From Trichinella spiralis (taxonomy: Eukaryota), in contig NW_003526943.1 of NCBI RefSeq assembly GCF_000181795.1, positions 10,784,789-10,848,788 of the forward strand: DNA of 64,000 nucleotides. Direction: 5' to 3'. The notes under the pieces are model-generated. The model had not been told where the DNA came from and did not search any database. It was given only the letters and a program-made list of their open reading frames with translations. The translations under genes and the position numbers were made by a program. Shown here one piece after another: positions 15,224 through 27,200 of the stretch; positions within the stretch are counted from its first letter, which is position 1; every line of letters starts with the position of its first letter.

Positions 15224-15249
15224 TGATTGGTCAGTCAGATCACGTGACC
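15224..15249 (+). promoter_or_regulatory. Inverted CCAAT box (TGATTGG) plus E-box (TCACGTGACC), candidate Hox proximal promoter
   Basis: TGATTGG at 15224-15230 and TCACGTGA at 15240-15247, about 130-150 bp upstream of the Hox ATG. A second ATTGG lies at ~15003 and TGACAG at ~15078. Confidence 0.5.
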
Positions 15250-15372
15250 TGTTTTCAACCTGCGAACTGTCGGTGCTTTCAGTTTGCGCGCTTATTTTAC
15301 AATTATGTAAGCTGTTCTTTATCACCGCTTTATTTTTCTGTTGTAATGTATTGTATATGATTTATCAAATAA

Positions 15373-18300
15373 ATGCATCCTGGTTTGACTGTGACCAAAA
15401 TGGACGAAGGCAACTATTGGTACAGCAATTTTTACGCCCCCACAGCTGCAGCGGCTGCGGCAGCCGCTGCTGTAGTAGCAGGACATCATCACCATCACCA
15501 TTACAGTCAAGCAACGGCAGAGAGTAGTAATTCATTAGCAATGCTAAGATCACAATCAAGCACAACATCAGCTACAACTTCAGTTACTTCTTCCACATCA
15601 GCATTGTCTGCTTCATCTCCCTCATCATCTGCCATAAGCAGTAATGTTCCTTTCAGTTATTCACAGTCAATGTCACATTTTGCAAACAAGCATGCTGGGC
15701 AGACAAGCAGCAGTAACAGCATAGGCCAGTTTGGTCGAAACGAAAATGGCTCTACATTCGAGCATGGCCAGTTTCAATTACAGGCCGCAGGAGCTAATCC
15801 AGCAACGAATTTTTTCTATTCAGCTGCATCGAAGTATGGAAGAAATCTTGTTGGTCCTTTGGATTTTTTTGGAAGTCCTGCTGCTGCGGCTGCTGCGGCT
15901 GCTGAATCCCTGCTTGTAAATCAAGCTTATTCGTGTGCGGCTGAAGCTGCGGTTGCTGTGGCAAATCAAGCTGGCTCAGCTAATGCATTTCAAACTTCCA
16001 ATGTCATGCTCTCCCCTGATGATCAAATAAAACGACGCTCATTGTTTCCGTGGATGAAATTAACAGGTAAGTTTTAAGTTTTTTTATTAATTGCAAATAT
16101 TTCAGCTGTATTTTTATGACATATAATCTGATATACCTTGTGTGACATGCGGAATTTTTTTCCAGTGAAAAAGGGGTTCTGAACGTTTTGTACATTGAGC
16201 ATGTGCGCATACAATTTCTAATGTGCTGTTGTTTCCAATATAAATGTAAAGCTAAAAATATTCTATTTAGTGTATATGCAAATTACATTAAGGATATGGT
16301 AAATGGAAACTGGCTTAAAAATATTCACCATTTTAGTACGGTTAGAGGTTTAATGATGTCAACTTTATAGCTAATTATGACTGTTTCATTAATAAAGTTT
16401 TAGAACAGTTTTAGTTGTGATTTGCTGCCTGAAATTATTAAGAAATGATTCATACATTTTTGCATATTTTTATCTAATTGCAATACATTCATTACATTTA
16501 TTACAACAGATGCATTTGTACTGAGTGAGCATAGTTTTTGTGCAGTGATGAAGGACACAGTGAAATACTTTCTGAAACCGAACAATGATGAAAAAAGTAG
16601 GTTGATTAAATGAAATTTCAAATGCAAAAATGATGTAATTTTTTGCTTAAATTTTTTAAAGAATTGCAATTTATACAAAAAATGGGACAAAACATTTGAC
16701 GTAACAGAAGTAAGAGCAGCATTTTTGCAACTAAGAAATTATTGTAAATAGACATTATAACTTAAAGTTATTAATATTTGATTACAATTAAATGCTGATT
16801 CGAGGAGACTGATTTGCTCTTTTATGAATTTTAAGTAATATCAATAACGTTGTTTTGACTGTTTTTTTAGATTGACTTTTAGCATGAAAATTTGCATTTT
16901 AGCTTAAGATGAATTAAAAAATTTTTGTAAATCCAAAAGATTTTTCTTAAATTGTTGCAAACTTTAATTAGGCATGTTATTATTAATATTATTTGAATAA
17001 AACGTCACTTATTGCGCAATGTTTAGCAGCTTCATGGTATACATAAGCAGTTTGACATCAGAATGTCATGTGTCGATAAAACAGCATTTACCGAATGTTA
17101 GTTAACGGGAGTAGATGAGACTGTGTACACATATTTACGAATTTTCATCTATTTGTTTATTTTAACACTGACACTGTTGTGTAGGATGAACAGCGTTTCA
17201 AGTGACGCATATTTAAAGAAGCAACAACATTAATAATAAATGGAGCCGGAACTGAAAATTTCTTTCCTTGAAATAAGATTTTTGAGATAAAATTGTAACG
17301 TTTGTTCTTTTCAGAAGATTAAATTTTAAATGAAGCAAACTTTCAAAGATTTTTTGACAGTACTTTAATATAAATCGGTAGTTGATTCTGTTCAAAACTG
17401 AATCTTAAATTTATTACAGATACTTGATTAATTTGATTGAATACTCTAATTTGTAGAGATTTTTACATTTAACTACAAATTAATCATATTCATGCAGTAT
17501 GTTTTTAATTTCTGCAGTGATTTCAGTTTGCAATAGTAGAAGCAACAGTAGTAGTTTAAGTGAGAAGTTTCTAAGTATATTTCAGACAAAGAAAAAAAAA
17601 TGTGTAGCATATGCTTAGCATGTTGTTGCCGTTGCATTTGATGCTTGATGACTTTTAAAAAATGCATTTTGAAATCTTCCTCTTCCACATCTTTGAGATG
17701 AAAAAGATCTCGGGATATTGACGCATAAGTATTTTTCTGTTTTTTACCGTTCTTTTTATTTTTTGGTATAATTTAAAATGAGGCCGAGTTAGGCAAAGGC
17801 AAGCACTTGCGGCTGGCTATCAATAAAAACGTCGTCATACTAGTCAAAGATAAGAAACAGTGTGCTCAAACGATTCTTTGCCTAAGGTAATTTTCGACGA
17901 CTGTGATCAGTGCCGCCGCTCTGTAGTGACAGGACAATTGCGATTGCGGTTGTTGAAGAAGAACAAGAAGAAGAAGAAGAAGAAGTCCCTCAAGATAAAT
18001 TGTTGAAGCAGCAGCGTCAGTTTTGAAATTGAATTTCCTAACACTCACGCAACAAGCAAATATATTTAAAAAAATGTTAAATTAAAAAATTTAAATATCA
18101 AACAATTAAACATACAACAATAGCACTTATCGTATGCCGACGGGTAAATGATGAGGTCTTGAAAATTGCATGTTGAAAATCACTTTTATTGTCAAGGTCG
18201 CTCGCTGTGCATTGGCGTTGTTTTGCATGTCAGCGGTTTGAAAAATGCGTCATAAATGTTTTTAAAGCTGCAAAAACTTACTTTAAAAATGTTATGTTTA

Positions 18301-19641
18301 ATTTTAAAATTGTGAAATTCACAAGAATTATTAATCTCATTGATAAATTATATATAAATATCTACAGAAATGTATATTTGTAAAGTGTTTATTGTTTAAA
18401 AATTATTAAATATTTGATGACGTAAACAAAAAAAAAAGGAAAAAAGCAGTTTCCATTTATTTATTTATTTATTTACTTACTTTTCATGTTGGTGTTTTAG
18501 AGAGCATGTCAAAGCAGATGTTGCGTTTGTTTATTTTATAGTTTATGGTAAGGTTTAATGTTTGTCTGTTGTTAATTTTTATGAAGCACTGTAAATGATA
18601 TTATTAATATGAAAGCAGTGGTATAGTACCAATGGTTGAGATAAAATTATGCGACGCATTGATTCAAGCTAACAGGCAGATGAGGGGGAGTAATTTTTTC
18701 TTTTAGAAATGACTTTAAAAAATGAATTGTTAATTTTGATTGAAGGAATGAATACTTGGGAAGTTCTTTTCGAAGTAAGGCTAATTTTTAATATTGCACT
18801 AATAGAGATGATGAAACGAATTTGTTTTATGTTTCCATTTGGAAATTATTGATCAGCAGTGGCTTTCTTCACATGCTGCGCAATGCGCTACTGAATGAAT
18901 ATTGAATTAAGTTGAGCTTCATCGTCAAATGAAATAATCTTCATCAATTATTCTCCACTTTAAAATTATTCCACTAATGATAATACACTTTTCATCATTT
19001 TTACTATTTTCTGATGTTAATTTAATCCAATTCTTGAGTTTCATTCATCTGTATCACTTTGTGTTGTATGCTGTTTCACTACATGCTATAAAAGCGCAAC
19101 TACTGTTTCCAGTTTTGCAAGCATTGTACAGTTTTTTTTAATCTGCACTTCAAATATTTCATATTTTCCATGTTTTTATTTTTGAAAACAAAAGCAAATC
19201 TTATAAGGAAGTAAATAAACTTCTTTGACAAATCATCTCCACTTCCTTAAATGTTTTAAATGATTTGTCGAGAAAGCTGACCAAAAAAAATAACGCATAA
19301 AATTTCGTGTTGCAATTTTTATGGGTTATCATAAACGTGCATCGTTGCATAAAAATTTCCACATCTATACACTAGTAGAATTGCATTTTTGAACTTCCGT
19401 TTTATACAAAAATTAATTTAAATAATAAAAAAAAACAACCAACCTATAGCAACTATGTGGAAAGTATAACAATGCATGCATGATATTGAATATGAGTATT
19501 TATTTATTTATTTATTTTATTTTTGTCATGTCTGAAATAGAAGAGGTGTTTTATGAAAATGTTTCAGTATTGTTGTTATTGATATTTTACAATTTTATTT
19601 GGATTTTTATAAAAATTATTCCAAACCGGTTAGAGGAAACG

Positions 19642-19688
<47 letters not shown>

Positions 19689-22600
19689 CATTGCATCCTG
19701 AAAGTGTCTGCATTTTTGATTTCAAAGCTAACCGGCATTGGTGAAAATTCCTTTTGATCATCATCATCATCATCAATTAGTGAAAGCGAGATTTCGTTGT
19801 CCTGCTTTGGCAAAGTTCGATGTTCAGCAAAATTTATTGCCCACCTGGCTTCGTTATTGCTCATATGTGCATGCATTCATCAATGCATGTTTTTAAATAA
19901 ACTAAATTTCTACTGACACTGAAATTCAACAACTTGCTTATAACACACACACAACATCCCCTTCCAATTTGCATCAATTCATCAATTTCAGATTTTCCAT
20001 TTTTTACAAACTATATTTAGATATTTTTTTAAAAAAATTATTTATTTATTTATTCCTGTCATGATAAACATAAATAAATTAATAAATGGCTAAATAAACT
20101 GTCACTAATTTATTTATTATACTATTATTAAAATTAAATTCATATTATTCTTATTTATAATGCACATGATGCAATTATTATTATTATTATTTAAAATTTG
20201 TTGTTCTGAAAATTATCCTCTTCTAACTTTTTACCATGTACAGTGCAAAATTATTTTTTGCTTTCATTCATTGTCCTACTTGATATATACTGTATTCTAT
20301 TGCAACGTATAATACGCAGTACAGTTTCTGTACTGTTGCAATGAATAATAAGTGCAAAGAGGAAAAAACAAGATTTTTTTCACGAGCCTATTAAAAAATA
20401 CTTGGATATTGATTGAATTGAATTAATGGAATTTTTGTTTTCATCGTCAACATATTGAAAATAGAATTAATAATAATTGAATTCAATGAAATAAACAAAA
20501 AACACTGTATTCGATAATTCATTCAAAATAAATAATTAAAATGAGCAACTTTTTTGAATCATTTATAATTGATAATTAAGGGTTTCATGTTTTAACTTGT
20601 CCAATTAACATATTTTGGAGATCGGTTAAGTTTTTGTGCTCATTTTTGAGCTCATTGAACTTTGCAATTGCTGCTAGAAAGAAATAAGAAGAAGAAGAAG
20701 AAGAAGATTCGATTTAGTTAATTTTTCAGAAAAGATTCAGTTGTTTCACTTGCAAATTGATTTTTCACGTAATCATGCATTCTGCATATGCTTTCCCCGC
20801 TATTGACAGAGCAATAAACCAGACGAGCAATATACATATTATTATCCGTATGTATATATACATATATGTATATATTTATTTATTTATTTACGTAATCAGC
20901 ATATACATACATCTATATGTGTAAAATGGAATAAGTCTCTTGTGACTTTTGGGGTTAATTGAACAGCAGAAGAGGAGAAGAATTTCTGCACGGAAAATAA
21001 GGAAATTACCACGATAAATTTGGTTATTTAAAAAAAAATGTTTTTTATACATTTTCAAATATTTGCATAATAATCCTTTTGATCGTAAATGGTTTGCTTT
21101 TTTAGTCAAATTTCTGAAATTGATTGACAATAAAAAAAGATAATCAAAAAACAAGACGTTCAAGAAAAATATTTTCTTTTTTAATTAAAGCGTGAAGAAC
21201 ACTCGTAATTAAAAACTTTTTTAATTTAAATTTAAATTTTCATAAAAATATTTTCAATGAATATGAAATAATTTTTCATAGCAAACATTAAGCAACCGAC
21301 TGTGTGTGTGTGGACTAGTTTGGTTTACGGGCAGCCGGCCGCCGCCAGTGATGTTGTTTCGGTGTGATTGACGAGTCTCCTGATTTTCTTGAACCACACA
21401 CTTAATTTTCTTTTCCCGTTTGATCAGCCGAGCGTTGGCTTGAAAATAAAAAATTATTATTGAATATTTTTAAATTGAACAATTTGTTGTTTTTGGCACC
21501 GAAAAGATTTTATGAAAAATAATGATAATCATAAATCTATATCTTATATCATTCAACAGAGTTTAAAATAATTTCTAATATAAAACAACTCTCTTACTGT
21601 TGATTCAGTTTGTAATTTATATTAATTCAATCATCAGATATAATTAGTAATGATGGATGAAAATTTGTAGGTATTATTATTATTATCAGAGTGCAATTTT
21701 CTTCCTCTTCTCAGATTTGCATATTTGTCTGATTGAAATTGTAAATTACGAAACTTCATACTAATTTATAAAACTGTGAAAAACTGGAAATCATCGACCA
21801 TTCATCTATTTTCCTGTAGTGGAATTTTTGTCTCTGTTCAAAAGATTATCTATCTGATGATTTGTTAAACGCCTCGGTGACATTGGCCAGACGACCGTTG
21901 GAGACAATTTTCATAATTTTTCAGACTTATAAATTTTCCACACACTTAAATTATCATAATTAACTTTTGTTATCAAAATTTATATATTACTGATATGATG
22001 TTTGTTATTAGGTGAGTTGAAATAAGATGTCTGCTGTTTTTTGCATTTCCAGTTTTATACAGTACATTTTCCCCCCTTATTTTTCAATATTGGCAGCAAA
22101 ATTGTATCTTCGAACTTGTGAATTTTTTTGAAATTAACAGTCAATCGATCGCTGATGAATAATAATTATATGATGCATTGAATAATCAAAAAAAATATTA
22201 TCAATAAAAATAGTAGTTTTGCACGGTTATTGTAATTTCAGAAATTAATGAAGAAATTTATGGAATTTTTTTTGTCCTCTAAACTTTTGCAATTTTCTTT
22301 TTGATTTCATTAAAAGAAATAAAATTGCATGACGAATTGATGACGTTCGAATTACTGTTGTTCCAAGTTGTCGTCGTTCGTTCGTTCCATTTTTGAAAAA
22401 TTACTTCTTCACCATCGATCATCTTATATATTTTGATTATTTATCTTTTTTGGAGATCAATTATTATTTTTTTTATTTGTTCAATTCGAAAATGCTCAAT
22501 TATATAATAGAAAAGTTGTTTGTTTTAATTTTTATTCTCTTTCAAAAGTGTTATTTATTTATTTATTTGAAATTTTGAATTTTTTGCATAAGAACAAAAC

Positions 22601-23718
22601 AGAAATTTATGCTGTGCTCTGTTGTATTTATTTATTTATTTATTTACCGAATGAAGTCGGTTTTGTGGGGAAAATGAAATAAATAAATAAACAACAGAAA
22701 ACAAAACAAAACAAAAACAATGTTTATATTCAAATGTAGAAAATAAGATCAAAGAGATGCCGACGAAACGCGCGTCGGCCTGTTTGTCGGTCCGAGTTGC
22801 CGGCATTCAACTTCGGCCGTGTCAGCCATGATTGAACTGGTTGCTTCAATTCTGACACACTGAACATTATCTTCATTCATCAAATTTGATAAAAGTCAGT
22901 CAAAGGGAGCCGGCGTGGTGTCGGCACGCTTTTTGATCTTTCGTCGGTCTTTTTTCTCTCCACTGTGTTAGTGTATATATATGTGTGGAAAAAACAACTT
23001 TTCCAAAATATTTGTTGTTGTTGTTGTTGTTTATCGTAAAGCACAGGTCTACTTTTATCGTATCTCTGTAACCTGCTTATCATACGAAAAAAATCTATTC
23101 ATTTAAATTTCACCTTCTTTTCAACACTTCATAATTATAATACTTTTAACTTTTCCCTCAAAAATTCATTCTATCATTTGTAATTATAACTCGATAATTT
23201 CATCTTTTAATAACAACTTCATTCCTATTATTTTCTTCATTCCTGATTACTTTCTTTTTCAATTGTTTTGTTATTTATATTAATACTTAGTTATCTTTTA
23301 CTGTAACAATTTGTATACATTTCTTTATAAAAGTATTTGAGCTGAAATTTCATTTATTTTCATTTTCCCTTATTTTAGGCTAGTAAAATAGATAAACTGC
23401 TACTGATGATGATGAAAGATTTATTTTGCAATGGAAATAATTAATAATTACTGTAATGTTAATTTTTAAGGTAAGGGCGGTGATCAAAAGCGAACTCGTC
23501 AGACTTATTCGCGAAATCAGACACTCGAATTGGAAAAAGAGTTCCACTTTAACAGGTATTTGACACGTCGTCGACGTCAAGAAATTGCTGCCGAATTATG
23601 CTTAACAGAGCGACAGGTGAAAATATGGTTTCAGAATCGTCGAATGAAATGGAAGAAAGAAAATAAAATTTCCGTCGAGCCCGCTGATTCAAGCACTGAA
23701 AAAGATTTATTCGAATGA
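15373..23718 (+). CDS. mab-5: Hox homeodomain transcription factor, mab-5-like (central/Antp class); exons 15373-16066 and 23471-23718
   Basis: Exon 1 ORF has poly-Ala, poly-His and Ser-rich tracts and ends in the hexapeptide LFPWMKLT at ACAG|GTAAG (phase 1). The acceptor tttttaag at 23470 joins in frame to give [66 protein letters not shown]. The [16 protein letters not shown] arm, RRQEI and TERQVK resemble C. elegans MAB-5 as recalled. Orthology needs a phylogeny. Confidence 0.9.
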
Positions 23719-24225
23719 CGATGTGCTTGTTTTCCAGAATAGTAGTTTATCAAAAAAAAACAAAACAAACTACTACTACTGTACGTTGTTCATTAGAGCA
23801 AACTGAATAAGCAAATGCTGCAGCTCAGTTCAACTTTTCGATGAAATCTTCTTATGCATGCGATAGTTTATTTATTATTTAAAAAAAAGTTCTAGAACAT
23901 ACAAAGATGAAATGTATCCTTCATTTACTTAATGCATGACTTTTGAGGATCTTTTTTTTTTCAAATCTGTTTTTCGATATGTCAACTAAAAGGAATAAAT
24001 ATTGCCATGCATGGAGATTTATCGAAATGAAAATGATCTCAAATCGTTTTGTTGTAAAAACTGACGCTGAAGCAGCAAGCATTTGTTCTCTAAAAATGTT
24101 CATTAAAAATTCAAAAAAAGAAAAGAATTTGACAATTTAATATTTCATTGTGTTCTATTTGCAACTTTATGTGAGTAAAGTGTCTTCTTCTTCTTCAATA
24201 AGTCAAGACTCAGTAAATTCACACC

Positions 24226-27200
24226 TCAAGATTCACTGTCGAAATGTTCCAAATCAACTATAAAAATGCATTCGATTATAATACTTTTATTTATTATTAT
24301 AAAGTAATTTTTACCTACGGACAAAATAATGTCTAAGCAGCCGATGTATCGACAATGGAGCTATCGCTAAAACATTTACTTTATGCAATAATTATTACTC
24401 AAAGAAATTTGATTAAAAAAAAATTACGTTATGACACTTTGCTTATCAAAATGCTTTTTTTGCATTTTTAAATGACGATAATTTTTCAAAGCACTTTCAG
24501 AGCAGCATTTGCTAAAGTCCCTTTCAGATTGACAGAGTACATCAACCCAACTGTATTCATATACGCAAAACGGTATGTTGTATAAACTAAATTTACGGCA
24601 AAATTAATATAATTAAAAAACATATATATATACCTGTATTCAACAAAAACTTACCTTTTTTCTAACAGATAAAGTTCATTAACACGTGCCCTTATGCTAG
24701 CACCATGATCGACCAAATAAATTATCACATTGTCAGCAACGAACATGGGCTTTCTCTGGAGCGTATATTGAAGTGCCAACGAAGCGATGGACATGATTAA
24801 GCAGCGCATGTAAATAGTGTTTTCCCCTTCTCCAATTCCTACTACACAATATAGAACTTCGTTTTGCTTTCCATTTAAATTGCAAGTAATTTCCTTCTGT
24901 GGAACAGGGTGTCGATTATTAACATTACGGTAAATTTCTTCCAATCGAATTTCAATCGTATTCAAATCAACTGCACCATGTTGAGCGTCAAGCCACCTTA
25001 TATAAGCACATCCTGAGTGTGATACACGAGAAACAGACAGGTTCATTGAAGAGAAGTCATTTTCGTTCGGTTTAAGATCACTGTTGCTCAAAGTTATAGC
25101 AGTTGTTGAAACGGTTGGAAGAAAAAAATGATAATCAACTGAAATTTTATGTATGGCAAAATTCAGTAAAATTAAATGTTTAAATAAAACAAACTTTTTA
25201 AGTTGCTGAAAACGGGAGTGTTTAGCGACTGACAGTTTTCCTTATTTTCAACTGGAATTGGAGGAGAAATGTTCTAAATATATAAATAAAAATGCACGTT
25301 GATTACAATTTTCTAAACTTATTAATTTTTAATAACGGTCTAAAATTTAAACCAACCTCTAATTCTTCTTCAATAATACGATCTGAGAAATCAGCTGCAC
25401 GATCACCAATCTCCACATCATCCAACTGAAGTAAACAATCACCCACAGACTCTTTCTCGTTCAAATTCCTACGATATAAATCAACCTACAATAAATAAAT
25501 AAATAACGTGATATACGGATATAAATTTACAATTTTATATTTTCACCTTAGTAATTAAATTGCCGTTCAAATGAACAACTTCTCTAGGTCGAATTAGATA
25601 TTTTTTGCCAGAGTTTTCAGCAGTAAAATTAGAAAAGCATTCCATAGCCGATTCAGACCAATCTGTTCCTTTGGGTTTTACCTAAGGTGGTTCAAATGAA
25701 AACTTTTCTCTCACAAACAACACTTCTATATTAGCACAAAAAATTACTCCATAAAGCATACAACGTATGGCCACAGAAGGTATGCCATAAAATGCATTTG
25801 GTAGAGTCACTAATGAGTTGTAATTTACCCATTCCACCTTGCCCAAATCAACGTAAAGCATTTGAGCATATGCAATATCTGAAAAATAAAAAATTGCAAT
25901 ACGATAATAAATTTAATGAAATATTTAAATGGATTTTTTAAACAGTTGGAGAAACAAAATGAGAAAGCAAAGAAATATATTGAAACTATACAGCCATGCT
26001 AAAACATGCAACTGCGGTCATTTCAGCTAATATTTAAAAAAAACAAAAATATATAATTCTTTATCAATTATAAAACTACCATTGATGTGTTGAAGTTTCA
26101 AAACTTTCGCACGCTGATAGCCAGCTTCATTTTCAGCAATGCAGTATTGGCCAACTGTTGGACTTGCTACAATACTTTCCTTATTTCTTGTCATCTCCTC
26201 CAATTCAGCTCTAAAATAACAATATAATTCCATCATAATTCATATAGCACTATTAAAATTAAAAAACAAAATTTCACCTAATTTCTGATATCATGCTTTT
26301 CGTATCTTGGTGCTCTAAACGAATAAAAAAGCAGTCAGGGTGATCCGCTTTGATTATGATGCAGTCGAGAAAAGCATTCACGGCAGTCGATAAATCGCAA
26401 CTTTCAATCTAAATAAAACAAAAACATTCTGCTCTTCAAAATATATTATTAAATACAATTACTGTCATCACATCATTAATAGTTTTGAAATATTTTAGAT
26501 TTTTTTGTTAATGAATTAATGAATTCAATTTAAATTCAAAAGTGCTGTACAACTAGGGGACTAGAAGTACACAAAATAGTAAACTCAATAAAAAAATTAA
26601 ATAAATAAATTATCAAAATGTAAAATTCATATTTTAAAACCTCCAAAAATAAATTTTATTCATATACAGTTATAAATTATCCTATAATACTAGAATGACA
26701 AATCGACTATGTGATTAATAAAATCGGCTGCATTTAAACTAGAAAACTTATAAATACTTCTTATTCATCTGCAATTATAAATTTATCAAATTTGTTAATG
26801 TTCAAATTAATCATTACACGTATAATAAACAAGGACAAAGAGAAATAACACAAGCAATTACCCAAAATAAATAGTGGATCAAATTTTTCAATGTTACAAA
26901 TTTCAGAAGTCATACTTTAATGTTATTTTTGCTTCAGTATAAAATATTAAACTGGCTACATTTCTAGTTTATCAACTTAAAGTGTTAATTAATACAAATA
27001 CTGCTATGATAAAAAAATATTTCACATCATGTTTACCACTAGTGTTTTCTTCGTGCTTGCCGCATCTTCTACCTGTGCTTGAGATTTACAACTGTCTGCT
27101 ACATTTTCATCCTAAAATTATCACAAATATCAATATTAATTTAAATGCGAAAATAAATGCACTTGAAATATAAATCAAATTAGATTAAATTCATTACCAC

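Noticed and set aside
22760..22776. GACGAAACGCGCGTC resembles the 3' half of a type I hammerhead ribozyme
   Set aside because: No CUGANGA box or stem II partner upstream, so the catalytic core is incomplete.
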